Below, piece after piece: positions 42,502 through 64,000 of a DNA stretch of 64,000 nt. How positions within the stretch are numbered: the stretch's first letter is position 1; the number at the start of each line of letters is the position of its first letter. The notes under the pieces are model-generated. The model was not told where the DNA came from, ran no database searches, and saw only the letters and a program-made list of their open reading frames with translations. This DNA comes from the human T2T-CHM13v2.0 reference genome, Homo sapiens, in the NCBI RefSeq assembly GCF_009914755.1, contig NC_060929.1, one strand, 5' to 3'. The translations under genes and the position numbers were made by a program.

Positions 42502-45131
42502 TAGCCAGGATGGTCTCGATCTCGACCTTGTGATCCACCCACCTCGGCCTCCCAAAGTGCTGGGATTATAGGCGTGAGCCATCGCTCCAGGCCTATTTTA
42601 TTAACTTCTTAACAAACTTTTTTAAAGGTTGTGTAATATTTCCTTGAATTGATATACCACAAATTTTAGGGGCAGAGGGCATTAATTGGTTGTGAACTAT
42701 AGCAAAAGTTGTTAAATTAAGATGATAAAATCAATTGCTTTGTTCTGGTTAACAGCATTATGCTATATACACACTCCTTTGAAAAATACCCAAAAAAAAG
42801 GCCGGGCGTGGTGGCTCACGCCTGTAATCCCAGCACTTTGGGAGGCTGAGGTGGGAGGATCACGAGGTCAGGAGATCGAGACTATCCTGGCTAACACGGT
42901 GAAACCCCGTCTCTACTAAAAATGCAAAAAAATTAGCTAGGCATGGTGGCAGGCGCCTGTAGTCCCAGCTACTCGGGAGGCTGAGGCAGGAGAATGGCAT
43001 GAACCCAGGAGGCGGAGCTTGCAGTGAGCCGAGATCGTGTCGCCTGGGCGACAGAGCGAGACTCCGTCTATAAAAAAAAAAAAAAAAGAAAAATACTCAA
43101 AAAAGAGGGTACTGCCAACAAGGAAGTTTTAAATTTCCCCTTGAGGATTCTTGGTGATCATCAAATTCAGTGGTTTTTAAGGTTGTTTTCTGTCAAATAA
43201 CTCTAACTTTAAGCCAAACAGTATATGGAAGCACAGATATAATATTACACAGATAAAAGAGGAGTTGATCTAAAGTAGAGATAGTTGGGGGCTTTAATTT
43301 CTGGAACCTAGGTCTCCCCATCTTCTTCTGTGCTGAGGAACTTCTTGGAAGCGGGGATTCTAAAGTTCTTTGGAAGACAGTTTGAAAACCACCATGTTGT
43401 TCTCAGTACCTTTATTTTTAAAAAGTAGGTGAACATTTTGAGAGAGAAAAGGGCTTGGTTGAGATGAAGTCCCCCCCCCCCTTTTTTTTTTTTTTAGCTG
43501 AAATAGATACACTATGTAGAAGGAAGGGATTATTATATACCATGCAGTAAGCACATGCTCTTTGATGGGCTCCTCCGTACACTCTCCATGTGGCCATTTC
43601 AGACATTCTTCTCAAACCCCACAGATACCCCTCCTCGCTTCCACTGATTTCCTTAACTCATACTTCATTGGGAAAATAGAGATTTCCAGAAGGAAATTGC
43701 ATCATCTTCTCACCAATAATTTCTAGTCAAGTTCGTATTTTAATTAATTCGTTCATTTTGTTCAGTAAGTTGCACCTACTGCCTGCATGTCAGAATCACT
43801 TAAGAGAGCTTGTTAAAAATACAGGTTCCTAGAAGTCTTCCTTCTGTACTCCAAAGCAGTCAGTCTCAGGAGAGACCAGGGATCATAAACCATAGCTCTG
43901 TATTGCAGCTCTGTGAGGGGATGTGGTCACCTGCCTTTACTTAATGCATTTTGTTTGATGCCAGATGTCCTTTTCTGCCTTTAGGAATCCTACTTAACTT
44001 TTGAGGCCCAGTCCAAATGTAGCTGCTGCTGCTTTTTAAAAAAACAAACAAAAAATCCCAGTTTTATTGAGATATAATTCATATACCATAAAATTCACTT
44101 GATTTAAGTATACAATAATGATTTTTAGTAAATTTATAGAGTTGTACAATCTAATTGTAGAATATTCCCATCACCACAGAAAGATCTCTATGCCCATTTG
44201 GAGTCCCCTCAGTTATTCAGACAACTGTTACTCTACTTTCTGTCTCTATAGATTTGCTTTTCTGGCCTTTTTATATTGTTCAGATCTTTATAACATATAG
44301 TCTTTTGTATTGGGCTTTCCAGAAAGTCTTTTGTATTGGGCTGAAGTGATCCTCCCACCTCTTGCCTCTAGAGGAGCAGGGACTACAGGGGTATGCCACC
44401 ATTCCTGGCTCAGTTTTTTTTTAGTAGAGATACTGTGTTGTTCAGGCTGGTCTCAAACTCCTTGGTCTCAAACTCCCTGGGTTCAAGCAATCCTCCCACC
44501 TTGGCCTCCCAAAGTGCTGGGATTACAGGTGTGAGCCATCGCACCTGGCCAGAAAATCTCTTAATTAGTAGGAAAATTGGCCGGGCGTGGTATAATTGGC
44601 ATAATTGGTATAATTGGCATAATTGTCAGATTACGCCTGTAATCCCAGCACTTTGGGAGGCCGAGGCGGGTGGATTACCTGACGTCAGGAGTTTGAGACC
44701 AGCCTGCCAACATGGTGAAACCCTGTCTCTCCTAAAAATACAAAATTAGTGGGGCATGGTGGTGGGCACCTGTAATCCCAGCTACTCAGGAGGCCGAGGC
44801 AGGAGGATCACTTAAAGCTGGGAAGCGGAGGTGGTAGTGAGCCAAGATCGTGCCATTGCACTCCAGCCTGGGCAACAGAATGACACTCTGTCTCAAAGAA
44901 AAAGAAAAGAAAATTAAGGTGATGCTTCTAACCAATGATAACGAAAAAAGTTGAGATAATAGTTGTAGTGATTTGTGTAAGGGAATTGAAGAGGTATACC
45001 TAGAGCATTAGCATAATCATAATTGTATCTGTTCTGTCATGATTGTATATTTCTTTTTAAATCTTTTATTTATTTTTATTTTTTAAATATATATTCTGCT
45101 CATGTATTATATTTCTTCTTCTTCTTTTTAG

Positions 45132-45365
45132 GAAACACTGCGCTAACTTATGCATGTGCTGGAGGATTTGTTGACATTGTTAAAGTGCTCCTTAATGAAG
45201 GTGCAAATATAGAAGATCATAATGAAAATGGACATACTCCCTTAATGGAAGCAGCCAGTGCAGGTCATGTGGAAGTTGCAAGAGTTCTTTTAGATCATGG
45301 TGCAGGCATCAACACTCATTCTAATGAATTCAAAGAAAGTGCTCTAACACTTGCTTGCTACAAAG
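45132..45365 (+). CDS. ANKHD1: ANKHD1 coding exon 6 (GNTALTYACAGGFVDIVKVLLNEGAN...ESALTLACYK)
   Basis: Acceptor ttcttcttttag|GA, donor AAG|GTACTT; 234 nt; more than two ankyrin repeats. Confidence 0.96.
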
Positions 45366-45727
45366 GTACTTAATACATGTATGAATATTTATAATGTTTT
45401 TCGTAACCACTTTGATTATTTGAGTATTGAGTATTTGAGTTTACTTTATATTGCTTATGTTTTCCCTGTGCTATAAAATTATCTAGTTTATAAGAAATTA
45501 TATAGAAAGTCTATTTTAGTCTATATTGCCTGTAATATAGTTTTCTAGTATATGTTTATTATTTTAATTCAGATTTATTGGGTTAACTGTGAAGTTAACC
45601 CAACTACTTAGCTTAGATTTAGAGGGTTTCCATTATTTAATAACTTTTGTTTTATATGATTTTTCCAATGTTTATTTAAAAAATAGTACATGCCAAAGTA
45701 ATAATACACACAATACTGAAAACCTGA

Positions 45728-46099
<372 letters not shown>

Positions 46100-46318
46100 T
46101 AAAGATAAAAAAGCATGTATACAATATTTTAGTGTATACATTTCCAGTTTGTTTTTAAGTATGTTTATATACAAACATATATATATTTTAAACAAAATAG
46201 TTATACTCTAACAGTTTTATAATCTACTTATTTTACTTAGCAGTGTATCATGGACATTTTTCATCTCAATAAATATTCTTTATTTTTTATTTTTCATTTA
46301 TTATCATTGTTTTTTTGA

Positions 46319-46462
<144 letters not shown>

Positions 46463-46949
46463 TAATTTTTGTATTTTTAGTAGAGACAGGGTTTCATCAT
46501 ATTAGTCAGTCTGGTCTCCTGACCTCAAATGATCCACCTGCCTTGGCCTCCTAAAGTGCTGGGGTTACAGGCATGAACCACCGTGCCTGGCCTATTTTTT
46601 ATTATTTTTAGAGACAGGGTTTTGCTCTATCACCCAGGACGGAGTGCAGTGGCACTGTCATAGCTCACTGCAGCCTCAAACTCCTGGGTTCAAGCTATCC
46701 TCCTGCCTCAGCCTCCTGAATAGCTAGGATTACAGACTCACACCACCATACCCAGCTAATTTTATTTTTATTTTTTTGTAGAGATGGGGGTCTCACTATG
46801 TTGCCCAGGTGGCTCTCAACCTCCAGGCCTCAAGTGATCTTCCTACTTCAGACTCCCAAAGTGTTAGGATTACAGGTGTAAGCCACCATGCCTGGCCTCA
46901 ATAAATATTCTTACAATGTAACTTTTGATGATTATATACTATTTCACTA

Positions 46950-47649
<700 letters not shown>

Positions 47650-48160
47650 TCAAATAGATGTACCATAATTGCCTATTGTTGGACACTTAAATTCTTCCCA
47701 GGTTTTCACTATTATTAAAAACACTGATCACATCCTTGTGCAGACATTTTTGCATAACCTCTGATTATTTCCTTAGGATAAATTCCTGGAAGTGGAATTG
47801 CTGGGTCAAAGGGTATGGACATTTTTAAGGGTTTTGCTACATATTGCCAAATTGCCTTCTAGAAAGGTTCAACCAATTTATACTCCCACCAACAATGTTT
47901 GAGAGTGCCCTTTGCCCCACCCTACACCCTCACCAATACTGGGTTTTATCATTCTTTTTAATATTTGCTATTTTTGATAGTAAAAACATGGTGTCTTGTT
48001 TTAATTTGCATTTCTTTAATAGGAAGGTTTAATATTGTTTTCATCAGTTTAATATTCACTTGCATTTCTTTGTTGAATTATCATTTCATATCTGTCACCC
48101 ATTCTTCTGGAGTGTTTGTCATTTTCTTATTGACTATCAAGGCTTTTTATATATTCACTG
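47650..48160 (-). mobile_element. L1ME-like fragment
   Basis: ggaagtggaattgctgggtcaaagggtatg...ttgccaaattgccttctagaaagg...ctcccaccaacaatg. Confidence 0.7.
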
Positions 48161-48600
48161 TATCAAGAGGATTGGAATTATTTTAAATGGAGTTTTCTGT
48201 GCCTGCTTATTGCCACAGTGGGTTTATGGTTATTTTAAAGCTGTTTTTCTGGAATATATGATGCCAAGATACTTTACTTGGCTTTCTATTTGATCTCAGT
48301 GTTTTGATTAGATAAATAATTTATGTATTTTCAACCAAGGTAAAAGCATTATTGCTTTACTTAACTTGAATTATGTGCCTTGGACTAATTCAGTCTTTAA
48401 AGCCTAGATAATAAGACCTTGAAAAAAGCCTGTATATTGCTTTGAATGGGCTTTGTAAAACTGTTACTGATTTATTTATTGAATGCAAAATAAGTTATCA
48501 AATTCTTGTATAGACATCTGAAGAAAAAGATTCCATACCTCAATATTTAAATATTAAACTGATAGTGAATTCTTTTAAAATTTTTGTTCCTTTTTTCAAG

Positions 48601-48695
48601 GCCATTTGGATATGGTTCGCTTTCTACTTGAAGCTGGTGCAGATCAAGAGCACAAAACAGATGAGATGCACACTGCCTTAATGGAGGCCTGCATG
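48601..48695 (+). CDS. ANKHD1: ANKHD1 coding exon 7 (GHLDMVRFLLEAGADQEHKTDEMHTALMEACM)
   Basis: Acceptor ttttttcaag|GC, donor ATG|GTAATT; 95 nt; ends in phase 0. Confidence 0.95.
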
Positions 48696-48906
48696 GTAAT
48701 TTTAAATTACACTCACTTGAGATTTTATGGGAAGAAAAGGTCGTATGTGTTTAAGCCTTTAAGAGTGATTAATTGCCAGTGCGGTGGCTCACGCCTGTAA
48801 TCCCAGCACTTTGAGAGGCCAAGTCGGGCGGATCACATGGTCAGGAGTTCGAGACCAGCCTGGCCAGTATGGTGAAACCCTGTCTCTACTAAAACTACAA
48901 AAATTA

Positions 48907-49089
<183 letters not shown>

Positions 49090-50380
49090 TTATATAATTT
49101 CTTAATGCTAAATTAAACAAAGTTGATGCTTGAATGCATCTGCTTTTGGAATAGAACAGTCAAAGTATTTGGCCTTAGGGATATTATTGATAAAACTCTA
49201 ATTCTGGAGATAGTAGACATAGTTCTAGTGTTTTTACAGTTTCATATTAAAATCTTAAATAGCAAATTGACCTCAAAATATATTGACTCAAACTGTATGG
49301 ATAGCCTATAAAACATTTAACTGTTTTTTTAAAGGATAATGTAGAATCATACTTTTAATATACAATTCTCTGTGTCACAGAGAATAATCACCTTTAATGC
49401 TGTCAATCCAGAAATCCTTTTTCTACTTCTGTAAGCACATATATATCATGCGTATATGCATATCTAAAAGAGAGTGCAAATACAAAGAAACTCAAAGCAT
49501 TCTGATAAGTATTTAAGACAGATTTAATGGCAAGAAAATTACCTGGAAGTGCAAACGCATTTTTTCAGATGTGATTAAATAAGCTCATCATTACACATGT
49601 TAATTTGTATTTTGTTGACTATTGCTGTTTAGCGAATCACTCAAAACATAATGGCTTAATGTAGCAGCCACATATTACCTCTATCTATTTTTTTTTTTTT
49701 TTGAGACAGAGTCTTGCTCTGTTGCCCAGGCTGGAGTGCAGTGGTGTGATCTTAGCTCACTGCAGCCTACCTCCCAGGTTCAAGTGATTCTCGTGCATCA
49801 GCCTCCCAAGTAGGTTCAAGTGATTCTCGTGCCTCAGCTTCCCAAGCCTCCCACCTGTATCTTATACTATCTCATATATCATATGATTCTATGGGTTGAT
49901 TGGGTGGTTTTTCTATTGGTCTCTCTCTCTCTCTCTCTTTATTTTGAAGACAGACTCTCACTCTGTTGCCCAGGGTAGAGTGCAGTGGCACTGTCATGGC
50001 TCATTACAGCCTGTACCTCCTGTACTCAAGCAGTCCTCTCGCCTCAGCTTCCTGAGTACCTGAGACTAGAGGGGCACGTTACCATGCCTAGCTAACTTTT
50101 AAATTTTTTGTAGAGACAGCATCTCACTATGTTGCCTAGGCTTTAAGAAAAGATTTATTTATTTATTTATTTATTATTATTATTTTGTTGGAATTCCCCT
50201 CTTAATATATGTATGCAAGATATGTTAGCAGAATCTATCAAAAAAATATTCAAGAATTTGGCTGGGCGTGGTGGCTCATGCCTGTAATCCTAGCACTTTG
50301 AGAGGCTGAGGCGGGTGGATCACTTGAGGCCAGGACTTCAAGACCAGCCTGGCCAACATGGTGAAACCCCATCTCTACTA

Positions 50381-50575
<195 letters not shown>

Positions 50576-52149
50576 TCAAAAATTCAAGTAAATTCAAGTA
50601 AAACAATGTATTGAGAGCCTAGAGGAGATAGGCACAATAGCAGTTCCTTGATCTGTTGACATTTATAAATCCTTATTTTCTTTTCAATTAGAAATGCATT
50701 TCAACTACCAGATGACTCAGTACAGTAATTTGGTTAAAATATTTTATTTTACATGTATTTGAAGTATTAGTAAAACTGAAATTTTAATGTGAAGTCATCT
50801 GTTTTTGGCATATATCAAAAGTGATTAAGGCTGGGCTAGTCAGTTAAGTATAATAAAAGTCTTGATGGGTATTGAAATTTAACAACTAAGGTTTCTTTAT
50901 TTAATTCTTTTTTGTTTTTGAGACAGGGTCTCTATCATTCAGACTGGGTGCAGTGGCGTGATCTTGGCTCACTGCAACCTCTGCCTCCTATGCTGAAGCA
51001 GTCCCTCTGCCCTCAGCCTCCCAAGTAGCTGGGACTACAGGCGCACACCACTATGCTTGGCTAATTTTTGTATTTTTTGTAGGAACATGGTTTCACCCTT
51101 TCCCCAGGGTGGTCTCAAACATCTGGGCTCAAGCTATCTGTCTGCCTCAACTTCCCAAAGTGCTGGGGTTACAGCTGTGAGCCACTGTGCCCAGCCTTAT
51201 TTCTTTAATTAAATAACTACTAAACCTTATTTTTCTACTCAGTATTTATTTTTCATTTGCAACATTATGGTCATTTTTGAAATACAGTACAATATAGCCT
51301 CTGACCTTATGTGTCACAACAAGCATTAAGACCTACATAAAGAGCAGTTTCCAAGATGGCCAAATAGGAACAGCTCCAGTCTACAGCTCCCAGCATGAGC
51401 GACGCATGAGACGGGTGATTTCTGCATTTCCAACTGAGCATACGGCACACCAGGAGATTATATCCCGCGCGTGGCTCAAAGGGTCCCACACCCACGGAGC
51501 CTCCCTCATTGCTAACACAGCAGTCTGAGATCAAACTGCAAGGCGGCAGCCAGGCTGGGGGAGGGGCACCCACCATTGCTGAGGCTTAAGTAGGTAAACA
51601 AAGCGGCTAGGAAGCTCAAACTGGGTGGAGCCCACTGCTGCTCAAGGAGGCCTACCTGTCTCTGTAGACTCCACCTCTGGGGGCAGGGCATAGCTGAACA
51701 AAAGGCAGCAGAAACCTCTGCAGACTTAAATGTCCCTGTCTGACAGCTTTGAAGAGAGTAGTTGTTCTCCAAGCACGGAGTTTGAGATCTGAGAATGGAC
51801 AGACTGCCTCCTCATGTGGGTCCCTGACCCCTGAGTAGCCTAACTGGGAGGTACCACCCAGTAGGGGCAGACTGACACCTCACACGGCCGGGTATCCCTC
51901 TGAGACGAAGCTTCCAGAGGAACGATCAGGCAGGAACATTTGCTATTCAGCAATATTCACTGTTCTGCTGCCTCCGCTGCTGATACCCAGGCAAACGGTC
52001 TAGAGTGGACCTCCAGAAAACTCCAGCAGACCTGCAGCTGAGGGTCCTGACTGTTAGAAGGAAAACTAACAAACAGAAAGGACATCCACACCAAAACCCC
52101 ATCTGTACGTCACCATCATCAAAGACCAAAGGTAGATAAAACCACAAAG

Positions 52150-53161
52150 ATGGGGAAAAAACAGAGGAGAAAAACTGAAAATTCTAAAAATCAGAGCAAC
52201 TCTCCCCCTCCAAAGGAACGCAGCTCCTCACCAGCAACGGAACAAAGCTGGATGGAGAATGACTTTAACGAATTGAGAGAAGAAGGCTTCAGACAATCAA
52301 ACTTCTCTGAGCTAAAGGAGGAAGTTCGAACCCAACACAAAGAAGCTAAAAACCTTGAAAAAAGATTAGACAAATGGCTAACTAGAATAACCAGTGTAGA
52401 GAAGTCCTTAAATGACCTGATGGAGCTGAAGACCATGGCACAAGAACTATGTGATGAATGCACAAGCCTCAGTAGCCGATTCGATCAACTGGAAGAAAGG
52501 GTATCAGTGATTGAAGATCAAATGAATGAAATGAAGCGAGAAGTTTGGAGAAAAAAGGGTAAAAAGAAATGAGCAAAGCCTCCAAGAAATATGGGACTAT
52601 GTGAAAAGACCAAATCTACGTCTGATTGGTGTACCTGAAAGTGACGGGGAGAATGGAACCAAGTTGGAATACACTCTGCAGGATGTTATCCAGGAGAACC
52701 TCCCCAACCTAGCAAGGCAGGCCAACATTCAAATTCAGGAAATACAGAGAATGCCACAAAGATACTCCTTGAGAAGAGCAGCTCCAGGACACATAATTGT
52801 CAGATTCACCAACGTTGAAATGAAGGAAAAAATGTTAAGGGCAGCCAGTGAGAGAAGTCGGGTTACCCACAAAGGGAAACCCATCAGACTAACAGCGGAT
52901 CTCTTGGCAGAAACTCTACAAGCCAGAAGAGAATGGGGCCCAATATTCAACATTCTTAAAGAAAAGAATTTTCAACCCAGAATTTCATATCCAGCCAAAC
53001 TAAGCTTCATAAGTGAAGGGGAAATAAAATCCTTTACAGACAAGCAAATGCTGAGAGATTTTGTCACCACCAGGCCTGCCCTAAAAGAGCTCCTGAAGGA
53101 AGCACTAAACATGGAAAGGAACAACTGGTACCAGCCACTGCAAAATCATGCCAAATTGTAA
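52150..53161 (+). pseudogene. L1 ORF1p remnant (frameshift near 52540)
   Basis: MGKKQRRKTENSKNQS... and ...RPNLRLIGVPESDGENGTKLE...NHAKL* lie in different frames. Confidence 0.92.
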
Positions 53162-53224
53162 AGACCATCAAGGCTAGGAAGAAACTGCATCAACTAACAA
53201 GCAAAATAACCAGCTAACGTCAAA

Positions 53225-57040
<3,816 letters not shown>

Positions 57041-58015
57041 ACAATGAGAACACTTGGACACAGGAAGGGGAACATCACACACCAGGGCCTGTTGTGGGGT
57101 CGGGGGAGCGGGGAGGGAAAGCATTAGGAGATATACCCAATGTAAATGAGGAGTTAACGGATGCAGCACACCAACATGGCACACGTATACATATGTAACA
57201 AACCTGCATGTTGTGCACATGTACCCTAGAACTTAAAGTATAAAAAAAAAAAGACCTACATAAATTTTGACATTAAAAATTTGAAATTAAAGAAGGATAT
57301 TTATGGTGATAGGTAGAATTGATACCCACCATGAGAATATTTTATTGTTAATTGACTTACTGTCTATGCAGATAGGCCATGGTAAAAATTTTTTACAATG
57401 AATGTCTTTATTTTTACATCATTACAAAATCTTTGCCTCATTGCAACAAGGTGTTGTGATTAGGAAAAATATAGGATGGTGTCAATCCAGAGACATTTAT
57501 GTTGGTGACATAATCCCAAGTGGTAACGACTTCACATAATTTGTTGTGTTATTTTTTGCCATGCCTTTGTTTCTGAAATAGATGTAATACGGTTTCTACA
57601 TTTGAATATGACTCCTGAGTTTGAGGGTATGACTGTATTTGACCTGGCAGTAGTATAATCTTGTTATTTTGAGGTAGCATTGACTATAGATTTCACAGTT
57701 TTTTGAACTTCAAAAAATGGAAATTTAAAATTATTTGGATTTGTGACTGTTATGTCACCAAGTCTCATTCTTTTGGAGAATTTTGGGCTTGCTCAAAAGT
57801 TGGTTAAAATAATTTGAAAATTACTTAAAAGCAATATTGATGAACTTTTGATAAGGCTCAGATGAGCATGATAATATATATGCTGTCTATGCTGAATCTT
57901 CTAATCTTGTCTTTTTTCTTCCTTTTTCCAATCTCTTGCTTTCTTCTCTCCCACTTAAAAAAATCTCAAAACAAAAAATTTCTCTCCTTCTTTCTTTACT
58001 TCTGAAAATCTGCAG

Positions 58016-58253
58016 GATGGACATGTAGAGGTGGCACGTTTGCTTTTGGATAGTGGTGCTCAAGTGAACATGCCTGCAGATTCATTTGAATCTCCATTGA
58101 CGCTAGCTGCCTGTGGAGGACATGTTGAATTGGCAGCTCTACTTATTGAAAGGGGAGCAAATCTTGAAGAAGTTAATGATGAAGGATACACTCCCTTGAT
58201 GGAAGCTGCCCGGGAAGGACATGAAGAAATGGTGGCACTACTCTTAGCACAAG
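58016..58253 (+). CDS. ANKHD1: ANKHD1 coding exon 8 ([33 protein letters not shown]...EMVALLLAQ)
   Basis: Acceptor tctgcag|GAT, donor AAG|GTAAAG; 238 nt; ankyrin repeats. Confidence 0.96.
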
Positions 58254-58334
58254 GTAAAGCAGTTTTACTTCTTTTAGAAAAATCAGTTTTCTTTGGATGT
58301 TTTGTGTTAGTACTGGTGAAGTTTACTACAGCTA

Positions 58335-58452
<118 letters not shown>

Positions 58453-58584
58453 CATTGATGATAAATTACCCTGGAGGAAACCACAGAAGCAGAGAAGACA
58501 GAGATGATTATCACAATTCAGAAAATTAATATCTTTATTATAAGTCTCTTGCAACTAATTTTATCTGTTTTTATACTTTCCTAG

Positions 58585-58776
58585 GAGCAAATATAAATGC
58601 CCAGACAGAAGAAACTCAAGAAACTGCTCTTACTTTGGCTTGCTGTGGAGGATTTTCTGAAGTTGCAGACTTTCTTATTAAGGCAGGGGCTGATATAGAA
58701 CTTGGCTGCTCCACACCTCTGATGGAGGCATCTCAGGAGGGACACCTGGAATTGGTTAAATATTTGCTGGCTTCTG
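58585..58776 (+). CDS. ANKHD1: ANKHD1 coding exon 9 (GANINAQTEETQETALTLACCGGFSEVADFLIKAG...ELVKYLLAS)
   Basis: Acceptor ctttcctag|GA, donor CTG|GTATGT; 192 nt; ankyrin repeats; the gene continues beyond the window. Confidence 0.95.
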
Positions 58777-58803
58777 GTATGTGGCTTTAAGATGCCTTAT
58801 TGC

Positions 58804-59210
58804 TCAGAAAGACAAATACAAATAATAGTTTATATGTGGAATCTAAAAACGTTGAGCTCCTAGTAGATAATAGAATGGTGGTTACCAGAGTGTGGGCATG
58901 AGGGTGGGAGGAGAGTACACAAGGAGAGGGGAAATGTTGATCAAAGGGTACAAAGTTTCACTTAGATAGGTGGAATAAGTTTTAATGATATATTGCATAG
59001 CAAGGTGACTACAGTTAACAATAATGTATATCTCAAAATTGCTAAGAGTAGATTTAAATGTTCTCACCACAAATATGTGAGGTGATAAATATGTTAATTA
59101 GCTTGATCTAATCATTCCACAACATATACATATATCATAACATCACATTGTACCCCATAAATATATACAATTATTATTTGTCAATTAAAAATAAAATTAA
59201 ATTAAATAAT
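58804..59210 (+). mobile_element. L1MA/MB-like 3'UTR with AATAAA, in intron 9
   Basis: tatatgtggaatctaaaaa...tagaatggtggttaccagag...catcacattgtaccccataaatatatac...aataaaa. Confidence 0.8.
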
Positions 59211-59939
59211 TAAAAATACTGTTTAGAAAAAGACTTATATTGCTTTCTTAACTTTAACAATTAACTGTTAACTTTTTCATTTCTATAAAAGTTGAAAGAC
59301 AGCTGCATAATTTAACTGATCTTAGACTCCTAAGTCTCTAAAACTGATTTTTAAAAAGATTTCTTACTGTTATTAATGTTTGTGTAGTGACCATAAGGTA
59401 TCTCGTTCACCTTCTTTCTCCGTCTAATTGTTTGTGGCTTGTGGAAGGGAGATGTTAGTTTCTACTAGTCTCTGTTAATAAGAGGAGGTGGGGATGATGA
59501 CATTATTGAGAGGTTATAATTTGGTACCTTTAAGTCTGTTCATTTCTTGACATTTCTAAGTCATCTGAAAAAAGTGGGAATTAATTTATTTTTACAGAGT
59601 ACTAATTTTAAAAATATTTGTGCTTTATTATTAAGCTGTGGTAAGCAATAAGTACTTTTACATAGAATATTTGTAGTTTTATAGAACATACTAAAAAAAA
59701 AATTAGTCCCAACAGATGTAAATATATTCTTTGAAAATAATGTCAGATTTTTCTTTTTTACCACGTCTGATATATTATTTAAAATTTGATATATAGAAAA
59801 GTTAATATGTAAAAGAAAATAAAATATTTAGCAAAATTTTATTCATCCTTTTGGGCTTTCATTGTTAACATTAATTTTAATATAGCCCAACCTCAGTTTT
59901 TCCTTTGAATTATTATTGAAATAATTTGTTAAACCAGAT

Positions 59940-63900
<3,961 letters not shown>

Positions 63901-64000
63901 AAAATCATTTGGTTTAGTTCTTTTTGGTATGACTCAAATTATTTTTATAAAGCATATTTAAAGGAAAACTAGTATACTTAAAATGCATTTTGATATTTTC

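Noticed and set aside
43100-43500. Unique sequence ending in a C11/T15 run, considered as a processed pseudogene 3'UTR
   Set aside because: No TSD, ORF or recognisable parent transcript could be identified by eye.
49777-49846. ~35-bp tandem duplication within a truncated Alu
   Set aside because: Ordinary slippage or repair duplication in a decayed Alu, with no functional hint.

Overview
Hominid genomic DNA, most likely human, covering the promoter CpG island and first nine coding exons of ANKHD1 (ankyrin repeat and KH domain 1 / MASK1) on the + strand. The exons are 1402-1707, 35495-35648, 37852-38008, 39510-39657, 40386-40533, 45132-45365, 48601-48695, 58016-58253 and 58585-58776. All introns are GT-AG, and the exons splice in frame into 1672 nt of stop-free CDS: a Gly/Ser-rich N-terminus followed by ankyrin repeats. 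The gene continues beyond the window. The introns are dense in repeats: dozens of Alus, a full-length antisense SVA with a 14-bp TSD, a sense L1PA5-like element with a 14-bp TSD, old L1M/L2/MIR/MLT fragments and hAT DNA transposons. Most ORF-track entries are Alu/SVA/L1 artefacts. I see no prokaryote-type system and cannot claim a wholly new biological system. Four observations stand out. (1) The L1 appears to be a spliced retrocopy (SpIRE), with its 5'UTR junction exactly at L1 nt 97, which also rewires antisense ORF0 into an 89-aa chimera. (2) A 35-bp direct-repeat-flanked micro-insertion in intron 5 builds a complete candidate 14-nt poison micro-exon. (3) A 40-bp inverted templated insertion lies near 63 kb. 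(4) Exon 3 has in-frame alternative acceptors. Subfamily calls and old-repeat boundaries are by eye and approximate.
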